Assembly: GCA_035547425.1 (NCBI GenBank)
Contig: DASZUU010000050.1
Span: forward strand, 26,645-90,644
From: Alloacidobacterium sp.
GTDB taxonomy: Bacteria; Acidobacteriota; Terriglobia; Terriglobales; Acidobacteriaceae
Direction of reading: 5' to 3'
Length of the DNA stretch: 64,000 nt
Of this stretch, positions 32,134 to 41,793 are shown one piece after another. Within the stretch, counting starts at the first letter, position 1; each line of letters begins with the position of its first letter. A program made the translations under genes and the position numbers. The notes below the pieces were generated by a model that did not search any database, was not told the DNA's origin, and saw nothing but the letters and a program-made list of their open reading frames with translations.

Positions 32134-34509
32134 ATGGATCAAGACCGGTGGGTTCTGCTCATCGCGAGCGAAGTTGGAGGCACCGACTCCGTTTCCGACC
32201 GCGCCATGGAGCGCCTGATCGAGGCAATCGAAAAAGAAAATTACCGCGTCGTGCGCACCTCGACGCCTGAAGATGGACTCGCGCTGGTCAACTCTGACCC
32301 TTCGATGAGCGCCGTGCTCCTCGACTGGGACCTCGCCGAAAACAATCAGTTCGATGAGCGCGCTGCCCTGCGCATCATCCGCGCCGTGCGCCGCCGCAAC
32401 AAGAAGCTGCCCATCTTCCTCATCGCCGACCGCACCCTCGTCAGCGAGCTTCCCCTCGAAGTGGTCAAGCAGGTGCACGAATACATCCACCTCTTCGGCG
32501 ACACCCCCGCCTTCATCGCCAATCGCGTCGATTTTGCCGTCGAGCGCTACCACGAGCAGCTATTGCCGCCGTACTTCCGCGAGCTGGTGAAATACACCGA
32601 TCAAGGCGCTTACTCGTGGGACGCTCCCGGGCACATGGGCGGCGTTGCTTTCCTGAAGCACCCCGTCGGCATGGAGTTCCACAAGTTCTTCGGCGAAAAC
32701 CTTCTGCGCTCCGATCTCGGCATCTCCACCTCGCAACTCGGCTCCTGGCTCGACCACATCGGCCCTCCGGCGGAATCCGAGCGCAACGCCGCCCGCATCT
32801 TCGGTGCCGATTGGACCTTCTACGTCCTCAACGGCTCTTCGACCTCGAACCAGATCGTCGGCCACGGCGTCATTGCGCAGGACGAGATGGTATTAGCCGA
32901 TCTCAACTGCCACAAGTCCATCTGCCACTCGCTCACCGTCACCGGAGCGCGGCCCGTCTACTTCAAGCCCACCCGCAACGGCTTCGGCATGATCGGCCTC
33001 GTGCCGCTCGCGCAGTTCCGCCCGGAAAACATTCAGAATCTGATTGCCAAAAGCCCATTTGCAACCGGAGCAGTTTCAAAAGACCCCGGCTACGCCGTCG
33101 TCACCAACTCCACCTATGACGGCTTCTGCTATCACGTAAACAGCGTCGTCGAGCAGCTCGCCAAATCCGTTCCGCGCGTGCATTTCGATGAAGCCTGGTA
33201 CGCCTACGCCAAGTTCCATCCGCTCTATCGCGGACGTTTTGCCATGGACGTGCCCGACGAAATGCCCGAGCGCCCGCTGCTCTTCGCCACGCAGTCCACG
33301 CACAAAATGCTGCCCGCATTTTCCATGGCGTCGATGATCCACGTGAAGTTGAGCCACCGCGCGCCGCTCGAGTTCGATCAGTTCAACGAATCGTTCATGA
33401 TGCACGGAACGACCTCGCCCTTCTATCCCATGATCGCCTCCATCGACGTGGCCACCGCCATGATGGACGAGCCCGCAGGCTCGACGCTGATGACCGAAAC
33501 CATCCAGGACGCCATCAGCTTCCGCAAAGCCATGGCATCCGTAGCCCACCGCCTCAGGGCGGAAGAAGGCGGAAACGGATGGTTCTTCGGCATGTTCCAG
33601 CCCGACTACGTAAAGGACGCGGCCAACGGCGAAATCTTCCGCTTCGAAGATGCTCCCGATGATCTGCTCTCGCAATCGGCGCAATGCTGGACGCTGAAGC
33701 CCGGAGAGTCGTGGCACGGCTTCCGCGACGAGGACATCGCCGACGACTACGTGCTGCTCGACCCCACCAAGGTCACCATCCTCACGCCCGGCATCGACGC
33801 GCAGGGGAACCTGGCCGACTGGGGCATTCCGGCCACCATCCTCACCGCCTTCCTCGACGCTCGCCGCGTGGAAATCGCGCGTACCGGCGACTACACCATC
33901 CTGACCCTCTTCTCTGTCGGCACCAGTAAAGGCAAGTGGGGCAGCCTGCTCGAAACCCTCTTCGAGTTCCGCCGCCTCTACGATCAGGAAGCATCATTGA
34001 ACGAAGCGCTGCCCCAGCTTGTCGCCAAGTATCCCGAGCGCTATGGCACCACCGACCTCAAGCAGCTCAGCGACGAGATGCACGCGGCCATGAAAGAACT
34101 GAATCTTCCCGGCCTGTTGCAGGAAGCCTTCGATGTGGAAGCAAATCCGGTCATGACGCCCGCACAGGCCTACCAGCGCCTCATCCGCGAAGGCACAGAA
34201 AAAGTCCGCCTTACCGAAATGGCCGGACGCATTCCTGCCGTCATGCTCGTGCCTTATCCTCCCGGCATTCCCATCAGCATGCCCGGCGAGCGCCTCGGCG
34301 ATGCCGATAGCCCTGTCATCCGGTTTCTGCTGGCGCAGGAAGAATTCAGCAAGCGCTTCCCCGGCTTCGAGCGCGAAGTGCACGGCATCGAAGTCGATCC
34401 CGAAGGCAACTTCTGGATGCGCGGCGTAGTGGAAACTCCCGGCAAAAAAACGAATGGGAAAAAGCCGCGCACGCATCCCTCCTCGCGCGCGGCAAAAACC
34501 TCGCTCTAA
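32134..34509 (+). CDS. Orn/Lys/Arg decarboxylase (AdiA-like, PLP-dependent, N-terminal wing domain)
   Basis: WDAPGHMGG, NGSSTSNQIV, NCHKS, HFDEAW, TQSTHK (PLP Lys), PYPPGIP. Confidence 0.92.
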   Translation: MDQDRWVLLIASEVGGTDSVSDRAMERLIEAIEKENYRVVRTSTPEDGLALVNSDPSMSAVLLDWDLAENNQFDERAALRIIRAVRRRNKKLPIFLIADRTLVSELPLEVVKQVHEYIHLFGDTPAFIANRVDFAVERYHEQLLPPYFRELVKYTDQGAYSWDAPGHMGGVAFLKHPVGMEFHKFFGENLLRSDLGISTSQLGSWLDHIGPPAESERNAARIFGADWTFYVLNGSSTSNQIVGHGVIAQDEMVLADLNCHKSICHSLTVTGARPVYFKPTRNGFGMIGLVPLAQFRPENIQNLIAKSPFATGAVSKDPGYAVVTNSTYDGFCYHVNSVVEQLAKSVPRVHFDEAWYAYAKFHPLYRGRFAMDVPDEMPERPLLFATQSTHKMLPAFSMASMIHVKLSHRAPLEFDQFNESFMMHGTTSPFYPMIASIDVATAMMDEPAGSTLMTETIQDAISFRKAMASVAHRLRAEEGGNGWFFGMFQPDYVKDAANGEIFRFEDAPDDLLSQSAQCWTLKPGESWHGFRDEDIADDYVLLDPTKVTILTPGIDAQGNLADWGIPATILTAFLDARRVEIARTGDYTILTLFSVGTSKGKWGSLLETLFEFRRLYDQEASLNEALPQLVAKYPERYGTTDLKQLSDEMHAAMKELNLPGLLQEAFDVEANPVMTPAQAYQRLIREGTEKVRLTEMAGRIPAVMLVPYPPGIPISMPGERLGDADSPVIRFLLAQEEFSKRFPGFEREVHGIEVDPEGNFWMRGVVETPGKKTNGKKPRTHPSSRAAKTSL

Positions 34510-34514
34510 AACAG

Positions 34515-34542
34515 AAAGGCCTCCGAATTTCGGAGGCCTTTT
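34515..34542. terminator. Bidirectional intrinsic terminator
   Basis: aaaggcctccga-att-tcggaggccttt. Confidence 0.88.
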
Positions 34543-34545
34543 CCC

Positions 34546-35742
34546 TTAAGCTGCTTTCGCTAAATACCCGTTCGGATCGAGCACATATTTCTTCGCCGCT
34601 CCCTTGTCGAAATCGGCATAGCCCTCCGGCGCATCATCCAGGTTGATGACGGTTGCGTTCACAATCTTCGCAATCGGCAGCCGGTCATGCAGAATCGCCT
34701 GCATCAGCTGGCGGTTGTACTGCAGCACCGGAGCCTGCCCCGTATGGAAATGCAGCGACCTCGACCATCCTTTACCAAAACGAATCTTCAGTATGCCCTT
34801 CTTCGCATCTTCATTCGGCGCGCCCGGATCTTCCACGACATACAGCCCTGGAATACCGATGCCGCCCGCGACAAACGTAATGCCCATCAGCTGATTCAGG
34901 ACGCTTGCCGGAGCCGCCTCATTGGGATTGCCGTGCGCACTGGCTTCAAACCCGACCGCATCGATGGCCGCATCCACCTCCGGCACGCCGACAATCTGCT
35001 CGATCTGCTCGGAAAGATTGTCATGCTTGCCGATATCGATCGTCTCGTAGCCCATCTTTCTCGCGTGCGCCAGGCGCTCCGGATTCTTGTCGCCGACAAT
35101 GATGACCGCCGCGCCAAGAATATAGGCCGAGGCCGCAGCCGCAAGTCCCACCGGCCCTGCGCCCGCCACATACACAATCGATCCCACTTCGACACCCGCC
35201 GACTTCGCCCCGTGATATCCCGTCGGCAAAATATCGGAGAGCATCGTCAGGTCTTTGATCTTCGCCATCGCCTGCTCTTTGTCCGGAAACTTCAGCAGGT
35301 TGAAATCGGCATACGGAACCAGCACATACTGCGCCTGACCGCCGGCCCATCCGCCCATATCCACGTAACCGTAAGCGCCGCCCGGCTGCTGCGGATTCAC
35401 ATTCAAACAAACACCGGTATGCCGCTCGCGGCACGCGCGACAGCGTCCGCAGGCAATATTGAAGGGCACCGAAACCAGGTCGCCGACGTTAATGAACTCA
35501 ACGTCCTTTCCTTTTTCGATCACCTCGCCGGTAATCTCATGCCCCAGAATCAGCCCTTTCGGCGCCGTCGTGCGGCCTCGCACCATATGCTGGTCCGAGC
35601 CGCAGATATTCGTCGAAACGATCTTCAGGATAGCCCCGTGCTCGATGGGCTTTCCCTGCGGCGTTTGCATTTTTGGATAATCGATCGATTGGACCTCAAC
35701 CTTGCCGGGGCCCATGTAAACAACACCACGATTTGTGGCCAT
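34546..35742 (-). CDS. fdhA: Glutathione-independent formaldehyde dehydrogenase
   Basis: STNICGSDQHMVRGRT, GHEITGE, CGRCRAC, LSDILPTGYHG; GGAGG SD before ATG 35742. Confidence 0.93.
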   Translation of the reverse strand: MATNRGVVYMGPGKVEVQSIDYPKMQTPQGKPIEHGAILKIVSTNICGSDQHMVRGRTTAPKGLILGHEITGEVIEKGKDVEFINVGDLVSVPFNIACGRCRACRERHTGVCLNVNPQQPGGAYGYVDMGGWAGGQAQYVLVPYADFNLLKFPDKEQAMAKIKDLTMLSDILPTGYHGAKSAGVEVGSIVYVAGAGPVGLAAAASAYILGAAVIIVGDKNPERLAHARKMGYETIDIGKHDNLSEQIEQIVGVPEVDAAIDAVGFEASAHGNPNEAAPASVLNQLMGITFVAGGIGIPGLYVVEDPGAPNEDAKKGILKIRFGKGWSRSLHFHTGQAPVLQYNRQLMQAILHDRLPIAKIVNATVINLDDAPEGYADFDKGAAKKYVLDPNGYLAKAA

Positions 35743-35763
35743 GGTTCCTCCTTGTGCATGCGT

Positions 35764-35834
35764 AAATTTGTCATCCTGCGCGTTATGGCCGGCTGTCATC
35801 CTGACGCTGAGGTACGAAGCGGAAGGACCTGCTT
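35764..35834. repeat. REP-like element (GTCATCCTG...GAAGGACCTGC family)
   Basis: Two tgtcatcctg starts and gaaggacctgctt, intercistronic. Confidence 0.7.
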
Positions 35835-35853
35835 CCAATATGGCTACTACCCT

Positions 35854-36264
35854 TTAGAACGCCTTCGCGCCCGCCTCCGCCACAGCATGATCCTGCTCAC
35901 CCGACCCGCCGCTGACGCCAATCGCGCCCACAACCTGGTTGCCGGCCTTTAGCGGAATTCCACCCGCAAAAATCATCACCTTGCCGTTATTCGAAGCGTG
36001 AATGCCGAAAAACTGCCCGCCGCTCTGCGAATGCTGCGCCAGGTCTTTCGTCGAAATATCGAATGCACGCGACGTAAACGCCTTCTTCTGCGCAATATCG
36101 ATGCTCCCCAGCCACGCGCCTTCCATGCGGATGAAGGCCACAAGATTTGCGCCTTCATCGGCCACGGCAATATTCATCGGCTGCCCAATCTCCTGGGCTT
36201 TCTTCTCTGCGGCTGCAATCACACGACGCGCCGCTTCTAACGTCACTTTCTTTTCCTGTGTCAT
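35854..36264 (-). CDS. GlcG/HbpS family heme-binding protein
   Basis: IAQKKAFTS, FAGGIPL, VGAIGVSGGSGEQDHAVA. Confidence 0.9.
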   Translation of the reverse strand: MTQEKKVTLEAARRVIAAAEKKAQEIGQPMNIAVADEGANLVAFIRMEGAWLGSIDIAQKKAFTSRAFDISTKDLAQHSQSGGQFFGIHASNNGKVMIFAGGIPLKAGNQVVGAIGVSGGSGEQDHAVAEAGAKAF

Positions 36265-36396
36265 GTTTTCCTCTTTCGCGCGCGCCACGGCGCGTTCCAT
36301 CCTAGTGGGATGCATTAGACCCGAATCCGGAGATGAAAGCCAAATAAAAAGGCCTCCGCCCAGCGGAAGCCCTTTTACCTATGCTGCAAAACTGCG

Positions 36397-36699
36397 TTAC
36401 TTCACCTTGGCAAAGATAATCAGCAGCGTGAACAGTGCCAGCGATTCGATAAACGCCAGGCCGAGAACCAGCACCAGCTGAATTCCCGCGCGTGCTCCAG
36501 GATTGCGGGCGAGAGCCTCAGCCGCCGATCCGGCCACGCGGCCCTGTCCCAGTCCGCAAAGACCGGAAGCGATAGCCATGCCGATGCCGGCGCCGATCGG
36601 CACCCAGCTGGGGGCGGAGCTGCCGCCGGATTGAGCGAACGCGGGCGATGCCATGCAAAGCACAGCCAGCGTCATGAAGATGTATTGCAGTTTGCGCAT
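36397..36699 (-). CDS. atpE: ATP synthase F0 subunit c
   Basis: GLGQG, ARNPG, LAFIESL. Confidence 0.96.
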   Translation of the reverse strand: MRKLQYIFMTLAVLCMASPAFAQSGGSSAPSWVPIGAGIGMAIASGLCGLGQGRVAGSAAEALARNPGARAGIQLVLVLGLAFIESLALFTLLIIFAKVK

Positions 36700-36830
36700 T
36701 TCTATTTCTCCTTGCTTCCTTCAAAATGTGCCGTCAGTGGGTGGTTGAGGCTCACCGTGCTGGCCCCCTCACGCTCACGGCCCGCTTTACCGAAGTGGAA
36801 GCAGAACTCCGGCTGCGAAACTATATTAGA

Positions 36831-36863
36831 TTGTCATCCTGAGCGCAGCGAAGGACCTGCTTT
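36831..36863. repeat. REP-like element between atpB and atpE
   Basis: ttgtcatcctgagcgcagcgaaggacctgcttt. Confidence 0.75.
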
Positions 36864-36897
36864 GAATCAGCTGCGGCGCAGAACAACTCTAAAAAAC

Positions 36898-37644
36898 TCA
36901 ATGCCCCTCATGCGCCGCCGTGGCTTCCGCCAGATAAATCATCGCCAGCAGCATGAACACATACGCCTGAATCAACGCAACCCCAAAGTGCAGCCCCAGG
37001 AAAATCACCGGAATGCCGATCGGAACCAGCGAGAAGAAGACCAGCGTCAGCAAATCGCTGGCAAACATGTTGGCGTAAAGACGAACCGTCAGCGACATGA
37101 TGCGGGCCAGGTTCGAAATAATCTCAATCGGGAACATCAGCGGCGCAATCCACCAGATCGGCCCCATAAAGTGCTTCAGGTAGCCAATCGGTCCCTGCGT
37201 GCGCACGCCGAACCAGTTGTAATAAATAAACGTAACCAGCGCGATACCCAGCGGCACCACCGGATCAGCCGTCGGCGTCTCGATCCCCGGCAGCAGTCCC
37301 ATCACATTGCACAGCAGCACAAAAACAAGAATCGTCGTCACAAACGGCATATGCGACTCATATCCATGAGCTCCCATTACCGACTGCGCCTGCTCATCCA
37401 CAAAGCCGTGAATCATCTCCGCCAGATGCTGCACGCTGCCCGGCTTCTCCACGCTCAGCGTTGCGCGCACAATGAGAAAGAAAATCACCAGCGCCGCCGC
37501 CACCACAAGTTCCAGCGTCAGTGCATTGTTGATGGGGTGCGTCGGGTGATAGGGATGAATGCCGATTCTGTTCAGCAACGCGGTAATCGACGCGCCGAAA
37601 AGCTTGTTGAGCAGACCTGTAAGTGCCAGAAGTAAGCTGTGCAT
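36898..37644 (-). CDS. atpB: ATP synthase F0 subunit a
   Basis: PIEIISNLARIMSLTVRLYANM, IQAYVFMLL. Confidence 0.96.
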   Translation of the reverse strand: MHSLLLALTGLLNKLFGASITALLNRIGIHPYHPTHPINNALTLELVVAAALVIFFLIVRATLSVEKPGSVQHLAEMIHGFVDEQAQSVMGAHGYESHMPFVTTILVFVLLCNVMGLLPGIETPTADPVVPLGIALVTFIYYNWFGVRTQGPIGYLKHFMGPIWWIAPLMFPIEIISNLARIMSLTVRLYANMFASDLLTLVFFSLVPIGIPVIFLGLHFGVALIQAYVFMLLAMIYLAEATAAHEGH

Positions 37645-37704
37645 GACTTCCTGAAAATCGAGTTGCGTAATTGTAATGGAGAAAATCTACCGCGGTATAT
37701 CGTG

Positions 37705-38118
37705 CTAGTTTCGGATCATCCGCACCGCTTCCGCCGTCAAGGCAAAAACACCCAGCCCCAGACCGGCCACCAGCGCATAAACCGAACCATGCAAACACCT
37801 TAGACTAACATAAAGGATGGCTCCCGCGAAGAGCAGCCGCAGCACAAAACTGCTCGCCACCCGCCCTGTTCCCGGGCCTGCCTGCGAATTGTCCAGCCGC
37901 GCATTGATAAACGCCACCAGCCGCTGCCACTCCCATAAGCCTGTCGCCGATATCACCGCCCCCGCCGCCAGCAGCAGCCCCGTCTGCCAACCATAGATCA
38001 CGGTCAGTGCGACCGCCAGCACCAGGCCGCCAATCGCCGTCACCTTCAGTGCCCGGCGCAGCGCCACTTTCAGGTCAGCATCAGAAAAATTCAAAACCGG
38101 CTGGCTGTTCTCCGTCAC
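37705..38118 (-). CDS. atpI: ATP synthase I chain (AtpI)
   Basis: Four TM helices upstream of atpB; the GTG start at 38118 overlaps the atpZ stop (GTGA). Confidence 0.75.
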   Translation of the reverse strand: MTENSQPVLNFSDADLKVALRRALKVTAIGGLVLAVALTVIYGWQTGLLLAAGAVISATGLWEWQRLVAFINARLDNSQAGPGTGRVASSFVLRLLFAGAILYVSLRCLHGSVYALVAGLGLGVFALTAEAVRMIRN

Positions 38119-38378
38119 TTCTGCTCTTTCTCCGACGACGCCACCAGCCGGAAAATCTGCACAAACCCGGCCACCGCGCCCAAAATAATTCCAGCCAGAT
38201 ACATCCAGCCCTGGTGCAGCCACTTATCCAAAGCCGCCCCCGCCACCCATCCAACAAACACCGCCGCCGGCAAAATAAACGCGATCTGCGTCAGCTTCTC
38301 CGCCTTTAGCAGCGTTCCCATGCCGCCGTCATCGGGCCTCGTTCCATGCTTCCTCGGCGGAGGATTATTGAATGCCAT
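38115..38378 (-). CDS. atpZ: AtpZ/AtpI family F0 accessory protein
   Basis: GWVAGAALDKW...IILGAVAGF pattern. Confidence 0.82.
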   Translation of the reverse strand: MAFNNPPPRKHGTRPDDGGMGTLLKAEKLTQIAFILPAAVFVGWVAGAALDKWLHQGWMYLAGIILGAVAGFVQIFRLVASSEKEQK

Positions 38379-38531
38379 ACCGAAGGTTGTTATATCACCC
38401 GGGGAAGGGCACAAAAAAGCGGATGGCTGAAAGACGCCAAAGAGCGGTCAGCGGAAAACTGCCGGTAAATCTATGCGCCTTTCAGCCACCCGCTATACTG
38501 ACATTTACCACTAAACCACAGAGGCACCCAC

Positions 38532-40226
38532 GTGTTTGAATCCGAGTTCGAGCGGAATCTCTTTGCCCTCCGCCGCGACAAGTTGAACCAGATCACCGCT
38601 CTCGGCCAGCAGGCCTACCCTAACCAGTACATCGCCACCCACACCATCCCGGAAATCTGGGCGAAATACCGCGAAGCCACCGCCGAAGCCCTCGAAGCCA
38701 ACCGCATCGAAGTCTCCGTCGCCGGACGCCTCATGGCCATCCGCGGCCAGGGCAAGGCCGGATTCGCCCATCTCCAGCAAAACGGCGAGCGCCTGCAAAT
38801 CTACGTCCGCAAGGATGACGTCGGCGAGCCGGCCTTCCAGCTCTACAAGCTCCTCGACCTCGGCGACCACATCGGCGTCACCGGCTATCTTTTCCGCACC
38901 CGAACCGGCGAGCTCTCCGTACACGTCCAGACCATCACCTTCCTCTCCAAGGCCATGCTCGCGCTGCCGGAAAAATATCACGGCCTCGCCGATGTCGAGC
39001 TGCGTTACCGCCAGCGCTACGTCGATCTCTTCATGAATAGCGTGCTCAACGAAGGCGGCCTCGACGAGATCAACGTCCGCAGCGTCTTCATCAAGCGCGC
39101 CCAGGTGCTCAAGGCCATCCGCAATTTCTTCGACGCCCGCGGCTACATCGAAGTGGAAACGCCCATGATGCAGCCCATCGCCGGAGGAGCAGCCGCGCGC
39201 CCCTTCGTCACGCACCACAACACGCTCGACATGGACCTCTTCCTTCGCATCGCGCCCGAGCTGTATCTCAAGCGCCTTGTCGTCGGCGGACTCGACCGCG
39301 TCTACGAAATCAACCGCAACTTCCGCAACGAAGGCATCTCCACCCAGCACAACCCCGAGTTCACCATGCTTGAGTTCTACCAGGCTTACGCGAACTACCA
39401 CGACCTGATGGATTTGACTGAGGAGTTGGTTGCCTACGTCGCCCAGGAAGTAAATGGGACGACAGTTACGCATTTTATGCCCTCTAAGGATCCACGTCGC
39501 AACGAGGAAATTGTTGAGATTGATCTTGCAAAGTGGCAACGGTTGACTATGCGCGAAGCAATCATGAAATGGTGGAAAGGAGAAGACGGCCCTTGTCCTA
39601 CTGCCTTAACTTTTCAGAATGCTGAGTCCTATGTTCATTGGATAGAGAGTGTCTTATCATCTGATCACATTGGAGCCCAGTGGCTTGAGCAGCTTAGAGA
39701 TGGAAAGACTCCCAACTTTTCACCTCCAAATCTAAAAATTATCCATTACATTCTCGGGAAGATGCACTGGGAACCACTTCGTCGTGGCGCTCCGCTGGGA
39801 AAGTCGATTGCTGAACTTTTTGAGTTCATCGCCGAACCATATCTCATCCAGCCCACAATCATCTACGACTTCCCGCTAGCCGTCTCGCCGCTCTCCAAGC
39901 AAAAGCCCGACGAGCCGGACTGGGTCGAGCGCTTCGAGTTCTATATTGGCGGATTTGAAGTAGGCAACGCCTTCAGCGAGTTGAACGACCCCGAAGAACA
40001 GCGCAAGCGCTTCGAAGATCAGCTCAAGCAGCGCGAACACGGCGACGACGAAGCCCACCAGATGGACGAAGACTACGTCCGAGCCCTCTCCTACGGCCTG
40101 CCGCCCACCGGAGGCGAAGGCATCGGCATCGACCGCCTCACCATGCTCCTCACCGGAGCGCGCTCCATCCGCGACGTCATCCTCTTCCCCCTGCTCCGCC
40201 CCCAACAGGCCGACAAGGACGAATAG
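38532..40226 (+). CDS. lysS: Lysine--tRNA ligase (class II)
   Basis: OB-fold, [37 protein letters not shown]; enlarged AT-rich insertion domain. Confidence 0.97.
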   Translation: MFESEFERNLFALRRDKLNQITALGQQAYPNQYIATHTIPEIWAKYREATAEALEANRIEVSVAGRLMAIRGQGKAGFAHLQQNGERLQIYVRKDDVGEPAFQLYKLLDLGDHIGVTGYLFRTRTGELSVHVQTITFLSKAMLALPEKYHGLADVELRYRQRYVDLFMNSVLNEGGLDEINVRSVFIKRAQVLKAIRNFFDARGYIEVETPMMQPIAGGAAARPFVTHHNTLDMDLFLRIAPELYLKRLVVGGLDRVYEINRNFRNEGISTQHNPEFTMLEFYQAYANYHDLMDLTEELVAYVAQEVNGTTVTHFMPSKDPRRNEEIVEIDLAKWQRLTMREAIMKWWKGEDGPCPTALTFQNAESYVHWIESVLSSDHIGAQWLEQLRDGKTPNFSPPNLKIIHYILGKMHWEPLRRGAPLGKSIAELFEFIAEPYLIQPTIIYDFPLAVSPLSKQKPDEPDWVERFEFYIGGFEVGNAFSELNDPEEQRKRFEDQLKQREHGDDEAHQMDEDYVRALSYGLPPTGGEGIGIDRLTMLLTGARSIRDVILFPLLRPQQADKDE

Positions 40227-40281
40227 GTAATCTGAAATCAAATGAAAACGGCATGGCTTTACGCCATGCCATAAAAAAATT

Positions 40282-40436
40282 AAGCCACAAAAAATTTGTC
40301 ATCCTGAGCGAAGCGTAGCGGAGTCGAAGGACCTGCTTTTTCTCCTCCTCCGCGAAGGCTCCCAAAGTCAAGCCACAAAAAAATTTGTCATCCTGAGCGA
40401 ACCCTAAGCGTAGTGAAGGGGAAGTCGAAGGACCCG
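40282..40436. repeat. Tandem pair of REP-like elements
   Basis: aagccac(A6/A7)tttgtcatcctgagcgaa at 40282 and 40370, each ending gtcgaaggacc. Confidence 0.85.
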
Positions 40437-40562
40437 CGCGAGCAATGCTCGTGCGAATCGTTGTGAAGCAACGACCCCACTCATTTCAGATAGAGTGTAA
40501 GCTGCTGAGTGAAGCAGAAGGACCCCGCCTCACGCACCTTCAAAAAGTCAGGAAAAAGTCAC

Positions 40563-41435
40563 TTAACCCTCCCCCCGCAAATACCCCAAGAACGCCTGCT
40601 GCACCCGATTCAGCGAGCGCCCCCGCAGCACCACCGCAACAATCGTGCGAAAAGCCTTCTGGTCCGCAATCCGCACAAACGTCCTGTCCTCCGCTCCATC
40701 CACCGCCATCTCCGGCACAATCGACACGCCCACGCCCGCCGACACCATTCCCAGCAAGCTGCTGAACTGCCCGCTCTCAAAAGCCACCCGCGGATTCACC
40801 CGCGCCCGCTGGCAAGCCGACACAGCAATATCGTGAAAGCAGTGGCTGTCGCGCAGCAGCACAAACGGCTCCGTCCGTAGGTCGCCCAGCGAAATCTCTT
40901 TTCGCTTCGCCAGCGAATGATCGCGCGGCAGCACCGCATACAATCGCTCCTTGTGCAGCGGAATCATCTCAAACTCACGATGCTTCAGCGGCAGCGACAT
41001 GACTGCCAAATCCAGCGAGAGATTGCGCAAGCCCTCCACCAGAATCGGCGTCGTCTCTTCAACAATCCTCAGTGACGCATCCGAAAACTTCTGCATAAAC
41101 CCGGCCACGCGCGAAGGCATAAAGTACGGCGCAATCGTCGGAATCACCCCAACCGCAATGCTTCCCTTCGTGTCCTTGCGCTCGCAGTCCACCTCCGAGC
41201 GCGCCGCCTCTACCTCCTGCAGAATGGCCCGGGCGCGCACCAGAAACACCTTGCCGGCGTCCGTCAATCGCACCCGCCGCCCCAGACGGTCAAAGAGCCG
41301 CGTGCCCAGTTCATCCTCCAGCTTCGACACCTGCTGCGAGAGCGAAGGCTGGGCCACATGGCAATGTTCGGCAGCACGGCTGAAGCTGCCGCTCTCGGCT
41401 ATCGCGCATATGTAGCGAAGTTGATGAAATTCCAT
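40563..41435 (-). CDS. oxyR: LysR family regulator, OxyR-like
   Basis: LysR HTH (CHVAQPSLSQQ) and FVLLRDSHCFHDIAVSAC, with Cys-x8-Cys matching the OxyR redox pair. Confidence 0.8.
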   Translation of the reverse strand: MEFHQLRYICAIAESGSFSRAAEHCHVAQPSLSQQVSKLEDELGTRLFDRLGRRVRLTDAGKVFLVRARAILQEVEAARSEVDCERKDTKGSIAVGVIPTIAPYFMPSRVAGFMQKFSDASLRIVEETTPILVEGLRNLSLDLAVMSLPLKHREFEMIPLHKERLYAVLPRDHSLAKRKEISLGDLRTEPFVLLRDSHCFHDIAVSACQRARVNPRVAFESGQFSSLLGMVSAGVGVSIVPEMAVDGAEDRTFVRIADQKAFRTIVAVVLRGRSLNRVQQAFLGYLRGEG

Positions 41436-41479
41436 AGCTGTTGCCTATAGCTTACATCCCGGCAATACAGCCCTCCTAT
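41434..41479. promoter_or_regulatory. LysR/OxyR-type binding boxes
   Basis: ATAG-N7-CTAT at 41434-41448 and ATAC-N7-CTAT at 41465-41479. Confidence 0.6.
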
Positions 41480-41793
41480 ATCGCCTCACGAAGCGCTCCG
41501 CGAATGCCTGTCAAGCCCCTCTATCTTCATTTTTCTTCCAACCCGCACATTCCAAAGCGAATTTAGCCCACGCAGGTTGGCATAGTATTTCCACTGAATT
41601 CGCTACAATAGAGATAGGAACAAAAACGGCCTGCGCTCAAGCGCAAGCCATCCTGTAGAATCAAACACTTACCACTAAACCCTCTACTATCAAATAGTAG
41701 CGCCGCTCGCAAACAATCCTCTTTCTTGTCAGGAATTTACAGGAGAGGGGAGGTTTCGATTGAGGGTATGTCTGTATATCCCTGGTGTCAGCG

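Noticed and set aside
36397-38378. F0-only atp cluster as a novel ATPase
   Set aside because: A split atp operon is known in several phyla; the sequences are canonical.
39590-39780. lysS insert as an intein or homing endonuclease remnant
   Set aside because: No N-terminal block A context, no His-Asn C-terminus, and too short.
40282-40436. 31-32-nt direct repeats spaced about 88 bp apart as a mini-CRISPR
   Set aside because: Only two copies, and they are part of the REP-like family found elsewhere in the window.
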